Assembly: GCA_050942925.1 (NCBI GenBank)
Contig: JBMNOF010000004.1
Coordinates: 5,520-69,519 of the forward strand
DNA length: 64,000 nucleotides
Direction: 5' to 3'
DNA from: Candidatus Spyradocola sp.
GTDB lineage: Bacteria; Bacillota; Clostridia; Christensenellales; UBA1750
In this document: in pieces, positions 26,053-36,572 of the stretch
Layout of the letters: every line of letters starts with the position of its first letter
Position numbering within the stretch: position 1 is the first letter of the stretch
Position numbers and translations under genes: made by a program
The notes under the pieces: generated by a model
What the model was told of the DNA's origin: nothing
What the model saw: only the letters and a program-made list of their open reading frames with translations
Databases searched by the model: none

Positions 26053-27300
26053 ATGATGCGAAATGTCGATGTGGCCGTTGTCGGCGGCGGTCCGGCGGGC
26101 CTTGCGGCGGCGCTGGCGGCGCACAAGGCCGGAGCCCGGTCGATCCTCGTCCTGGAAAGAGATACCTTCCCCGGGGGAATTCTGCAGCAGTGCATTCACA
26201 ACGGCTTTGGCCTGCACTACTTTGGGCAGGAACTGACCGGGCCCGAATACGCCCAGAGATTTCTGGACGAGGTGGAGAAGATCGACTCCATCGAGGTGCT
26301 GCTGAATACCATGGTTCTGTCCGTCGCGCCGGACCGGCAGCTGGTTGCCGTCTCGAGCGAACACGGCATGGTGCGCGTGCAGGCGAAGGCCGTGGTCCTG
26401 GCCATGGGCTGCCGCGAGCGCACGCGCGGCGCGCTCAACATCCCCGGCACGCGCCCGGCGGGCGTGTACACCGCCGGCTGCGCGCAGCGCTTGGTCAACA
26501 TGGAAGGGATGATGCCCGGAAAGCGCGTGATGATCCTGGGCTCGGGCGACATTGGGCTCATCATGGCGCGGCGCATGGTCTGGGAGGGCGCGAAGGTGGA
26601 GATGGTCTGCGAGATCATGCCCTACTCCAGCGGCCTGAACCGCAACATCGTGCAGTGCCTGGAGGACAACAACATCCCGCTGTACTTCAACACCACCGTT
26701 GTCAACATCCACGGCAAGGAGCGCGTGGAAGGGGTGACCATCGCCCAGGTCGATCCCGCGACGCGGGAACCCAAGATGGAGACGGCGCGCTACGTGCCCT
26801 GCGACACGCTCCTGCTCTCCGTCGGCCTCATTCCGGAAAATGAATTGACCTTGGGCACGGGCGCACAGATGGACCCGGTCACGTCCGGGGCCCAGGTGGA
26901 TGCGGAGCGGCAGACGAGCGTGCCCGGCATCTTTGCCTGCGGAAACGTGCTCCACGTCCATGACCTGGTGGATAACGTCAGCGAAGAGGCGGCCATCGCC
27001 GGCGAAAACGCTGCCAAGTTTGCGCTGGGAACCCTGCAAAAGGCGGAAACCGTGCGCGTTTTGCCCGAGGGCGGCGTGCGCTATGTCGTGCCTCAGCGCC
27101 TGGTCAAGGGCGAGGGCAAGGCGGCCCTCTACTTCCGCGTGCGCGCAGCCTTCCAGCCCGCGCGCTTGACAGTCTTGAGCGGCGGCAAGGAGATCAAGTC
27201 TGTCAAAAAGCGCATTATGACGCCGGGCGAGATGGAAAAGACCATCATTGACCTTGGCGACGTCACCGGCGACGTCGTCGTGCGTGTGGAGGAGGGCTGA
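26053..27300 (+). CDS. NAD(P)/FAD-dependent pyridine nucleotide-disulfide oxidoreductase
   Basis: DVAVVGGGPAGLAAA and a second fold VMILGSGDIGLIMA. Tightly coupled to the flanking genes. Confidence 0.85.
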   Translation: MMRNVDVAVVGGGPAGLAAALAAHKAGARSILVLERDTFPGGILQQCIHNGFGLHYFGQELTGPEYAQRFLDEVEKIDSIEVLLNTMVLSVAPDRQLVAVSSEHGMVRVQAKAVVLAMGCRERTRGALNIPGTRPAGVYTAGCAQRLVNMEGMMPGKRVMILGSGDIGLIMARRMVWEGAKVEMVCEIMPYSSGLNRNIVQCLEDNNIPLYFNTTVVNIHGKERVEGVTIAQVDPATREPKMETARYVPCDTLLLSVGLIPENELTLGTGAQMDPVTSGAQVDAERQTSVPGIFACGNVLHVHDLVDNVSEEAAIAGENAAKFALGTLQKAETVRVLPEGGVRYVVPQRLVKGEGKAALYFRVRAAFQPARLTVLSGGKEIKSVKKRIMTPGEMEKTIIDLGDVTGDVVVRVEEG

Positions 27301-27303
27301 GCC

Positions 27304-27675
27304 ATGAAAAAGGAGTTTGTCTGCATATCCTGCCCGGTGGGCTGCCGCCTGACCGTTTGGCAGGGAGAGGATGGGGAAGTCCAGGTGCAGGGCAATACCT
27401 GCCCCCGGGGAAAGGCGTATGGCGTGCAGGAGTTCACCGCGCCCATGCGCACGGTCACTTCCTCCGTGCCCGTGCGGTGCGGAACGCAGCTCATGTGCTC
27501 GGTCAAGACCGATGCGCCCGTGCCCAAGGAGAAAATCCCCGAGGTGCTCGCGGCCATTCGCGGCGCGAGCGTTCGCGCGCCCGTCTGCGTGGGCGACTGC
27601 ATCCTGGAGAACGTCGCAGGGACGGGGGCAAATGTCGTGGCCACAAGGCGCGTCACGGAGAAAAAACGTGCATAA
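27304..27675 (+). CDS. DUF1667 domain-containing protein
   Basis: CISCPVGCRL...GNTCPRGKAY cysteine motifs. It is the usual third gene of this cluster. Confidence 0.85.
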   Translation: MKKEFVCISCPVGCRLTVWQGEDGEVQVQGNTCPRGKAYGVQEFTAPMRTVTSSVPVRCGTQLMCSVKTDAPVPKEKIPEVLAAIRGASVRAPVCVGDCILENVAGTGANVVATRRVTEKKRA

Positions 27676-27688
27676 TCCTTAAAATCCG

Positions 27689-27726
27689 AGAGGGCACTGC
27701 GGGACCTGCAGCGCCCTCCTTTTTTG
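27689..27726. terminator. bidirectional terminator between DUF1667 gene and bioY
   Basis: AGGGCACTGC / GCAGCGCCCT stem followed by a T-run on the + strand. An A/T-rich run is also present on the other side. Confidence 0.7.
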
Positions 27727-27741
27727 TCCGCGCAGTCCCGA

Positions 27742-28296
27742 TCAGCGCGGCAGGCGCCGCAAAAGCGCCGGCGCCGCCACGGCGGCAAACAGGAGTTTGG
27801 CTGCGTCAAAGGGCAGATACATCAAGCAGAACGTCCACACGACGAACCACGGACTGACCGCTTGGTTGAGGACCAGCGTCATCACAAAATACCCATACAC
27901 CGCCCCGAAAAGGTAGGTCACGGCGATGCCCGCCAGGCCAGAGAGCAGGGCGGCGGGGAAGGGGCGCAGGCGGCTCTTCAGACGCCGGAACAGCCAGGAG
28001 ACGAGCGGACAGGCGGCCGTGATGCCCAGGACGAATCCGAACGTCGGAGAAGCAAGAGAGGAAAGACCGCCGGAAAATCCTGCGTACACCGGGGCGCCCA
28101 CAAGCCCCAGCAGAAGATAGGCCAGCATCGATAGGAGCGCTGCCCGCGGAGGCAGGAGGAAGGCGGCCAGCAGCACAAAGAGCAGCTGCAAGGTGAACGC
28201 GCCATAGGGCATAGGGACAGTGATTTGCGCGCCGATCGCCGTCAGCGCACAAAAGAGTGCGCCGAGAATCAAGAGCTTTGTGGATGTGCGTTGCAT
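27742..28296 (-). CDS. bioY: biotin transporter BioY
   Basis: 184 aa. TALTAIGAQITVPMPYGAFTLQ...LVGAPVYAGFSGG is typical of BioY. Confidence 0.9.
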   Translation of the reverse strand: MQRTSTKLLILGALFCALTAIGAQITVPMPYGAFTLQLLFVLLAAFLLPPRAALLSMLAYLLLGLVGAPVYAGFSGGLSSLASPTFGFVLGITAACPLVSWLFRRLKSRLRPFPAALLSGLAGIAVTYLFGAVYGYFVMTLVLNQAVSPWFVVWTFCLMYLPFDAAKLLFAAVAAPALLRRLPR

Positions 28297-28315
28297 ATGG
28301 GAGTCCCTCCTCGAA

Positions 28316-28347
28316 TTGTAAACCGATTCTATTTTTACGGTTTACAA
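28316..28347. promoter_or_regulatory. BirA operator
   Basis: TTGTAAACCG-N12-CGGTTTACAA, a perfect 10-bp inverted repeat. The half-sites match the TTGTAAACC/GGTTTACAA bio operator arms. Confidence 0.75.
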
Positions 28348-28374
28348 TATACAGGCGCAAAAAGGCGTTGTCAA
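28346..28374 (-). promoter_or_regulatory. bioY promoter
   Basis: On the minus strand: TTGACA (28369-28374), 17 nt, TATATT (28346-28351). The -10 overlaps the operator arm. Confidence 0.6.
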
Positions 28375-28509
28375 TAGGGCAAGCGGAGCGGGAAAAGAAG
28401 CGCGCTGGGCGGCGCCAGATGCATTTTTTTCTGTAATTAATGAAGGAAAAAGTATGAACGGAGTGTATAGACAATGAATGAAAAAAATCCGTAAACCGAC
28501 GAACGGGGC

Positions 28510-28538
28510 TTTACAAAACAGAACATTGGGCGTATGAT
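28510..28538 (+). promoter_or_regulatory. atp operon promoter
   Basis: TTTACA (28510-28515), 17 nt, TATGAT (28533-28538). Confidence 0.55.
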
Positions 28539-28570
28539 GCTGGAAGAGACGCACAAAGGGAGGCGAGGCG

Positions 28571-28843
28571 ATGGGGGCATTCGAATGGTTTCCGGATGCT
28601 TTTGGGTTGCTGTGGGGCTTGCTCGGCGGAGGCTTTAACCTCTTTTTGACCCGCAGGATGCTGAAAAACGGTCTGGACAACAAGCATGTAGCGCTCATGC
28701 TCGTGTTCAAGCCCCTGACGCATCTGGTCATCCTGGTTCTTGCTGCGCTTGTTTCCCTGTGGTTCATGGTGCTTGCAGCGGCGGGGGATCTGCTGATGTT
28801 GGGCGTCATGTTCATAAAAAACTACTTGGACGGCAGGAGATGA
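28571..28843 (+). CDS. atpI: ATP synthase subunit I-like small membrane protein
   Basis: 90 aa, hydrophobic helices, first gene of the atp operon. Confidence 0.5.
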   Translation: MGAFEWFPDAFGLLWGLLGGGFNLFLTRRMLKNGLDNKHVALMLVFKPLTHLVILVLAALVSLWFMVLAAAGDLLMLGVMFIKNYLDGRR

Positions 28844-28847
28844 TGAA

Positions 28848-29507
28848 ATGGAGCTGGAAATCACACCGGAAGCCTTTTACATAGGCAATGTCAATGTAGG
28901 GCAGTCGGTGGTGGTCGCTTGGGGCGTGATGGTCGTGCTCATTGTGCTGGCCATCGTGGTCAAGATCAAATCCAAGAATTTCACAGAAGTCCCCAAGGGC
29001 CTGCAAAACTTGCTGGAATTGGGGGTTGAGACCATCCAGAAGTACTCCAAGACAGAAGTCGGAAGCGTATGGGAGGAAATCGCGCCCTATTGTGCGACCA
29101 TCGGGCTGTACATCTTCGGATGCTGCATGGTGGAGCTGATCGGACTGCGCGCGCCCACGACGGACCTTTCCATGACGCTTGCGCTCGGCCTTGGCACGTT
29201 TTTCTGGATCAACTACATGGGCTTCCGGAAGAAGGGCTTTTTCGGAAGACTGGGTCACTACGTAAAGCCCATCCCGATCATCCCGATCCTGACGGACCTG
29301 GCGGTCCCGATCTCCATGGCTTGCCGACTCTACGGCAACATCCTCGCCGGCATGATCGTCATGGAGCTGATCTACGGCGCGCTGAGCTACTTTGCGGTGG
29401 CGATTCCTGCGGCGCTGTCCCTCTACTTTAACTTCTTCGACTCGGCCATTCAGGCCTACATCTTCATCACGCTGACGCTTTCCTACGTGTCGGAAGCCAT
29501 CGAATAA
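28848..29507 (+). CDS. atpB: F0F1 ATP synthase subunit a
   Basis: 219 aa polytopic. The conserved-arginine motif CRLYGNILAGMIVM is present. Confidence 0.9.
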   Translation: MELEITPEAFYIGNVNVGQSVVVAWGVMVVLIVLAIVVKIKSKNFTEVPKGLQNLLELGVETIQKYSKTEVGSVWEEIAPYCATIGLYIFGCCMVELIGLRAPTTDLSMTLALGLGTFFWINYMGFRKKGFFGRLGHYVKPIPIIPILTDLAVPISMACRLYGNILAGMIVMELIYGALSYFAVAIPAALSLYFNFFDSAIQAYIFITLTLSYVSEAIE

Positions 29508-29762
<255 letters not shown>

Positions 29763-29785
29763 CGGAAGGCAAGGAGAACACAGAC

Positions 29786-30277
29786 ATGGAAGGATTAAGT
29801 GCAATCATCAATCCCACCAGTCTCCTGATGCACCTGGTCAACATTGTCATCCTCTACATCGTCTTCCGCATCTTCCTCTACAAGCCGGTTGCCAAGTTCA
29901 TGAAGAGCCGGCAGGAGCGCTTTGCAAAGGAGCGCGAAGAGCTGAACGCCGAAAAGGCGGAGGCGGACGCCATCAAGGCGCAGGGCGATGAGATCCTGCA
30001 CAAGGCGCGCACGGACGCGGAAGCCCAGGTTGCGCAGATCATGGCGCAGGCGGACAAGGACGCCAAGTCCATTCGTGAGGAAGCCCAGAAACAGGCGGGC
30101 GTCATCATCGAGAACGCCAAGCAGGAGGCGCAGGAGGAAAAGCGTCGCCAGCTGGAGGCCATGCACGATCAGGTGATGGAGCTCTCCGTCGCCCTGGCCA
30201 GCCGCATCCTCGAGCGCGAGATCAAGCCCGAAGACCATCAGAAGCTGATGGAGGAATTCCTTTCCGAGGTGAAGTGA
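29786..30277 (+). CDS. atpF: F0F1 ATP synthase subunit b
   Basis: N-terminal TM helix followed by a long charged coiled coil. 163 aa. Confidence 0.9.
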   Translation: MEGLSAIINPTSLLMHLVNIVILYIVFRIFLYKPVAKFMKSRQERFAKEREELNAEKAEADAIKAQGDEILHKARTDAEAQVAQIMAQADKDAKSIREEAQKQAGVIIENAKQEAQEEKRRQLEAMHDQVMELSVALASRILEREIKPEDHQKLMEEFLSEVK

Positions 30278-30278
30278 T

Positions 30279-32132
30279 ATGCTAAAAGGCTTTTTGTATG
30301 CCCCTATCCAGCTCACGCCGGAGCAGATTCACCACGTCGAGGAAAAGTTTTCTGCGAGCCTGGGCGATCAGGTGCAGCTCGTTCCCCAGACGGACAAGTC
30401 GCTCATCGGCGGCATCCGCGTGGAGATCGACGGCCGCGTCTACGACGGCACCATCAAAAAGAGACTGACCATCAAGGACGACAGCGGAGACATCGACTTT
30501 GCCTCCGATGCGGATAACTTTGAGTGGCTGGAAGGGTTGAACACCGTTGCGACCGTGGAAGACGAGCGCGACGAGGCAGGGCAGATCGTCCTAGACAGCG
30601 ACGGCAAGCCCAAACAGAAGAGAAAGAGCAAACTCTCCAGTGTGGACATGGAGGAACTGGAAAAGCGCGTGCGCCGCATGAGCGGCTTCCGGACCCGGTC
30701 CGAAGTCCTGCCCGTGGGCTATGTGCTTTCCGTCGGCGACGGCATCGCGCACGTTTCGGGCCTCAACGGCTGCCGAAACAACGAGCTGCTTCGCTTTGAC
30801 GGGGATAAGTTCGGAATCGCCTTCAACCTGGAGCGCGACAACGTCGGCGTCATCCTGCTGGATAAGACGGACGACATCGAAGAGGGCAGCAAGGTCGAGG
30901 GCACGGGACGCGTTGTTTCCGTTCCCGTGGGCGAGAGCCTGCTCGGCCGCGTGGTCGATCCTCTGGGCCGCCCCATCGACGGCCGCGAGCCCATCCGCGC
31001 CAAGGCCTTCCGCCCCATTGAGGCGGAGGCGCCTCCCATCATCGAGCGCGGCGCGGTCAAGACCCCGTTGCAGACGGGCTATGTCGCTATCGACGCCATG
31101 GTCCCGATCGGCCGCGGCCAGCGCGAGCTCATCATCGGCGACCGCCAGACCGGTAAGACGGCCATCGCTGTGGACACGATCCTGAACCAAAAGAACACGG
31201 GCGTGCTCTGCATCTACGTCGCCATTGGACAGAAGGCGTCCACCATTGCCTCGGTCCGCAAGACCCTGGAAGAATACGGCGCCATGGAGTACACCACGAT
31301 CGTTGCGGCCATGGCTTCGGATACGGCGCCCATGCAGTATATCGCCCCGTACGCCGGCTGCGCCATGGCGGAAGAGTTCATGTACAACGGCAAGGATGCG
31401 CTCATCATCTACGACGACTTGTCCAAGCACGCCGTCGCATACCGCGCCATATCCCTGCTGCTCCGCCGTCCGCCGGGACGTGAGGCGTACCCCGGCGACG
31501 TCTTCTACCTGCACTCTCGACTGCTGGAGCGCGCGGCAAAGCTCTCGGATCACCTGGGCGGCGGCTCGATGACGGCATTGCCCATCATCGAGACCATGGC
31601 TGGAGACATTTCGGCCTATATCCCGACCAACGTCATCTCCATCACCGACGGCCAGATCTTCCTGGAGAGCGAGCTCTTCCACTCCGGCGTGCGCCCGGCC
31701 GTCAACGGCGGTCTGTCCGTTTCGCGCGTAGGCGGCAACGCCCAGACCAAGGCCATGCGCAAGGTCTCCGGACAGCTCCGTCTGGACCTTGCCCAGTATA
31801 GAGAACTTGCGGTCTTCGCGCAGTTCGGCTCCGACCTGGACACCGCGACGAGGGATCTGCTCGCCCAGGGCGAAAAGCTCACCGAGCTCCTCAAGCAGGA
31901 TCAGTATTCGCCCATGCCCATGCAGGAGCAGGTTGTGCTGCTCTACGTCATGACCCGCGGGCTCGTGACCCAGGTGGAGGCCAAGGACATCGCGCAGTTC
32001 AAGGTAGACTTTATCGACTTTGTGCGCAAGCATTACCCGCAGATTCTGCTGCGGATCGAGCAGAGCCGCGAAGTGGACGAGGAGACGGAAAACAGCATCG
32101 TCCACGCGGCACAGGAATACTTCAAGAGGTGA
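30279..32132 (+). CDS. atpA: F0F1 ATP synthase alpha subunit with N-terminal fused delta (OSCP) C-terminal fragment
   Basis: A single 617-codon ORF. Residues 1-64 look like the C-terminal end of delta ([23 protein letters not shown]). A linker of about 55 residues follows. Canonical alpha starts near residue 121 ([19 protein letters not shown]). Confidence 0.9.
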   Translation: MLKGFLYAPIQLTPEQIHHVEEKFSASLGDQVQLVPQTDKSLIGGIRVEIDGRVYDGTIKKRLTIKDDSGDIDFASDADNFEWLEGLNTVATVEDERDEAGQIVLDSDGKPKQKRKSKLSSVDMEELEKRVRRMSGFRTRSEVLPVGYVLSVGDGIAHVSGLNGCRNNELLRFDGDKFGIAFNLERDNVGVILLDKTDDIEEGSKVEGTGRVVSVPVGESLLGRVVDPLGRPIDGREPIRAKAFRPIEAEAPPIIERGAVKTPLQTGYVAIDAMVPIGRGQRELIIGDRQTGKTAIAVDTILNQKNTGVLCIYVAIGQKASTIASVRKTLEEYGAMEYTTIVAAMASDTAPMQYIAPYAGCAMAEEFMYNGKDALIIYDDLSKHAVAYRAISLLLRRPPGREAYPGDVFYLHSRLLERAAKLSDHLGGGSMTALPIIETMAGDISAYIPTNVISITDGQIFLESELFHSGVRPAVNGGLSVSRVGGNAQTKAMRKVSGQLRLDLAQYRELAVFAQFGSDLDTATRDLLAQGEKLTELLKQDQYSPMPMQEQVVLLYVMTRGLVTQVEAKDIAQFKVDFIDFVRKHYPQILLRIEQSREVDEETENSIVHAAQEYFKR

Positions 32133-32139
32133 GAAGAAC

Positions 32140-33015
32140 ATGGCGAGCATAGCCGACATTCGCCACCACATGCGCGTGGTCTCGCAGACGCTCCAGATCA
32201 CAAAGGCCATGCAGATGATCTCCACCTCCAAGATGAAAAAGGGCCTGGCGCGCTATGACGCCAATGCCATCTACCTTCAGGAAGTGCGTCAGACCATCAA
32301 AAACGTTCTGATGCACGCGGAAGGACAGTCGCACCGCTACCTCCAGGCGCCGGAGGGCAACCGCGCCGCGCACATCATCATCGCGGCGGACAAGGGACTT
32401 GCCGGCGGCTACAACAGCAACGTGATGAACCTTGCCGTGGAGCACATGAAGGGCTTCCAGGAGAGCAACATCTTCTGCATCGGCCAGATGGCCCGAGACT
32501 TCCTGGAGCACCGCGGCTACACGATCGACATCGAGTTCACCCACGTCATCCAGGACCCGACGCTCTACCACGCGCATCAGATCGCAGAGACGGTCCTTGA
32601 GCTCTACAACCAGAGGATGCTCGACGAGGTCTACGTCGTCTATACGCATCGCATCTCGACCATGGTGCAGCGCCCGGAGGTCATCCGCCTGCTGCCCGTG
32701 CGCGTAGAGGACTTTGATGACGTGGAGGCAACGGTCACGGGGGATGCGGAGCACGACCAGATCATCTATGAGCCCTCCATCACCAACCTGATGGAGCTGC
32801 TCATTCCGCAGTACTTGATTGGCATAATCTACAGCGTGCTGGTGCAGTCCTTCGCTAGCGAGCAGTGCGCCCGCATGAACGCGATGGATTCGGCAACGCG
32901 CAACGCAAACGAAATGATCGACAAGCTCAGCCACGAGTTGAACCGTGCCCGCCAGGGCGCCATCACAAACGAGCTGGCCGAGATCATCTCGGGTGCGAGT
33001 GCGCTGGAAGGGTAG
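32140..33015 (+). CDS. atpG: F0F1 ATP synthase subunit gamma
   Basis: MASIADIRHHMRVVSQTLQITKAMQMISTSKMKK... C-terminal ITNELAEIISGA. ATG 32140 lies inside listed ORF 32020-33015. Confidence 0.9.
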   Translation: MASIADIRHHMRVVSQTLQITKAMQMISTSKMKKGLARYDANAIYLQEVRQTIKNVLMHAEGQSHRYLQAPEGNRAAHIIIAADKGLAGGYNSNVMNLAVEHMKGFQESNIFCIGQMARDFLEHRGYTIDIEFTHVIQDPTLYHAHQIAETVLELYNQRMLDEVYVVYTHRISTMVQRPEVIRLLPVRVEDFDDVEATVTGDAEHDQIIYEPSITNLMELLIPQYLIGIIYSVLVQSFASEQCARMNAMDSATRNANEMIDKLSHELNRARQGAITNELAEIISGASALEG

Positions 33016-34425
<1,410 letters not shown>

Positions 34426-34431
34426 TGCGCC

Positions 34432-34848
34432 ATGGCAGAATTTGAACTGGAAATCACCACACCGGAGCGGCAATTCTTCAAGGACAACGTGCAGATGGTC
34501 ATTCTGCCCGGCGAGAACGGGGAATTGGGCGTGATGGCGGGCCATGCGCCGCTGGTGCTCGTCCTCAAGAGCGGCACCGTGCGCATCAAGCAGAACGACC
34601 AGTGGCGCGAATGCGTAACCGCGGACGGGTACGCCATGGTGGAGCGCAAGCGCGTGCTGCTCCTGTGCCAGATCGCCGAGTGGCCGGAGGAGATCGACGA
34701 ACGCCTCGTCCGCGAGGAGGAGGAGCGCGAGAAGGAAAAGCTCCGCCAGGCCCAGAGCCAGCGCGAGTTCCTCATCACAAAGGCCAACCTTGCCCATGCT
34801 ATGGCCAGACTTCGCGCGGTCTCCCATCGCAACATCAACAACACATAA
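34432..34848 (+). CDS. atpC: F0F1 ATP synthase subunit epsilon
   Basis: 138 aa. Last gene of the operon. N-terminal beta sandwich and C-terminal helical hairpin. Confidence 0.9.
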   Translation: MAEFELEITTPERQFFKDNVQMVILPGENGELGVMAGHAPLVLVLKSGTVRIKQNDQWRECVTADGYAMVERKRVLLLCQIAEWPEEIDERLVREEEEREKEKLRQAQSQREFLITKANLAHAMARLRAVSHRNINNT

Positions 34849-34894
34849 GGCTGCCGCAGCGCCCGCAAACGGGCCGCGGAAGCGTTGTACATCC

Positions 34895-34931
34895 CGAGGA
34901 GCGGAACCCTGCAAAGGGTTTCCGCTCCTCG
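34895..34931 (+). terminator. hairpin terminator after atpC
   Basis: CGAGGAGCGGAACCCT-GCAA-AGGGTTTCCGCTCCTCG, a 16-bp stem with one bulge. The U-tract is poor. Confidence 0.55.
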
Positions 34932-34959
34932 TCTGCGTATGGGTGGAATTCCTTCCGCC

Positions 34960-34988
34960 TTGACGAAAGCGCCCAAGGAGAATACAAT
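34960..34988 (+). promoter_or_regulatory. sigma-A type promoter
   Basis: TTGACG (34960-34965), 17 nt, TACAAT (34983-34988). Confidence 0.55.
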
Positions 34989-35028
34989 AAAACAAGAATA
35001 CAGAATCCTGAACAAAGGGGTGTAGAAA

Positions 35029-36528
35029 ATGTTCACAGAAAAAAAAGGCGTGGTCACTCTGCGCGACGGCAGCCTGCAGGGCAAGCGCTGCGAGCGCAAT
35101 CCTGGTGTGTGGGCGTTCTTGGGCATTCCGTACGCGGATGCGCCGGTCGGCGAGAATCGCTGGCGCGCGCCGCAGCCCGTCAAGCCCTGGAAGGGCGTCC
35201 GCGACGCCACCAAGTATGCGCCGGACTGCCCGCAGATCACCTTGCCCAAGGGATCGTTCTATCAAGTGGAGTTCTATCCCAACGAGAAGATCATGGACGA
35301 GGCCCAGGGCCTTGCCCTCAACGTCTGGACGCCTGCAAAGCCCGGGGAGAGCTTGCCCGTGCTCGTGTGGATTCATGGCGGCGGATTCCGGGAAGGCTCT
35401 GGCGGCGCGCTCCAGTTCATCGGAGAAACGCTGGCGGCTAAGGGCATTGTCGTCGTCACGATCAATTACCGCCTGGGCGCATTGGGCTTCCTGGCGCACC
35501 CGGAACTCACGGCCGAGCAGGGAGGCTCTTCCGGCAACTATGGGCTCATGGACCAGATCGCCGCGCTGAAATGGGTGCATGAAAACATCGCCAGCTTCGG
35601 CGGCGACCCGGAAAAGGTCACAATCGACGGACAGAGCGCGGGGTCCATGTCCGTTTCCGCCATGCTCGCAACCGACCAGACCCGCGGCCTGTTCCGCGCG
35701 GCGATCGGGCAGAGCGCTTCCGCCTTCGGACGGATTCTGGCCGGCGCCACCGTAAAGGACGCAGAGGAGCAGGGCCTGAAGCTCCAGGAAGCCCTGGGCT
35801 GCAAGAACCTGGCCGAAATGCGCGCCTGCACGCCCCAGCAGATCATGGACGCCACGGACGAGAAGGGGCTCTGGTTCCGCCCGATCCTCGACGGCGTGGT
35901 CATCACCGAGGACTACATGACGCGCTTTGCCGCCGGAAGGCAGAACCGCGTGCCCGTCATCATGGGCTGCACCAGCGACGAGGACTGCCTGCATGAAACG
36001 CAGCCGGACGATTACGAAAAGTACCTGCAATCGGCCGCGGAGTACGGAACGCACGCGGAGGAGTTCCGCAAGGTGTTCCCGGCGGAGAACAACGAGCAGG
36101 CCGGCCGCGTCGTCAGCTTTGCCCGCACCGCGCGCACGTTTGCCGGCATGCGCATGACCGCCGAGTACCAGATCGCCCAAGGCTGCGACGCCTACCTCTA
36201 TTCCTTTGTGCAGACGCTTCCCAACGCGGATGGCACCGTGGTCGGCCCCTTCCATTCGGCAGAGCTTGTCTATCAGTTCGGTACGCTCTACACGGGTTGG
36301 CGTCCCTGGCGTGAGGAGGACTACCGCGCCGCAGAGTACATGATGGGCTACTGGGCGAACTTCGTCAAGACGGGCGATCCGAACGGCGAGGGACTGCCCA
36401 AGTGGGAAAAGCATGTGGCGGGAGATATGCGCTGCCTGCTCCTTGGCGCGGACGCCCACATGGGCGAAGTGCCGCGCGCCGAACAGGCGGCTTTCATGGA
36501 AACCTGCATCCGCGAGGGCATTCTCTAA
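35029..36528 (+). CDS. carboxylesterase type B family protein
   Basis: VLVWIHGGGFREGSG oxyanion motif and the GQSAGSMSV nucleophile elbow. Confidence 0.85.
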   Translation: MFTEKKGVVTLRDGSLQGKRCERNPGVWAFLGIPYADAPVGENRWRAPQPVKPWKGVRDATKYAPDCPQITLPKGSFYQVEFYPNEKIMDEAQGLALNVWTPAKPGESLPVLVWIHGGGFREGSGGALQFIGETLAAKGIVVVTINYRLGALGFLAHPELTAEQGGSSGNYGLMDQIAALKWVHENIASFGGDPEKVTIDGQSAGSMSVSAMLATDQTRGLFRAAIGQSASAFGRILAGATVKDAEEQGLKLQEALGCKNLAEMRACTPQQIMDATDEKGLWFRPILDGVVITEDYMTRFAAGRQNRVPVIMGCTSDEDCLHETQPDDYEKYLQSAAEYGTHAEEFRKVFPAENNEQAGRVVSFARTARTFAGMRMTAEYQIAQGCDAYLYSFVQTLPNADGTVVGPFHSAELVYQFGTLYTGWRPWREEDYRAAEYMMGYWANFVKTGDPNGEGLPKWEKHVAGDMRCLLLGADAHMGEVPRAEQAAFMETCIREGIL

Positions 36529-36572
36529 GGAAGGCCTAGAAATACCGCATCATACGTCATAAGGAGTACCCC

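Noticed and set aside
30648-32132. Independent atpA starting at the internal ATG 30648
   Set aside because: There is no stop upstream in frame, and I could see no Shine-Dalgarno within 15 nt. It cannot be fully excluded, so it is listed as a refutation test for the fusion finding.
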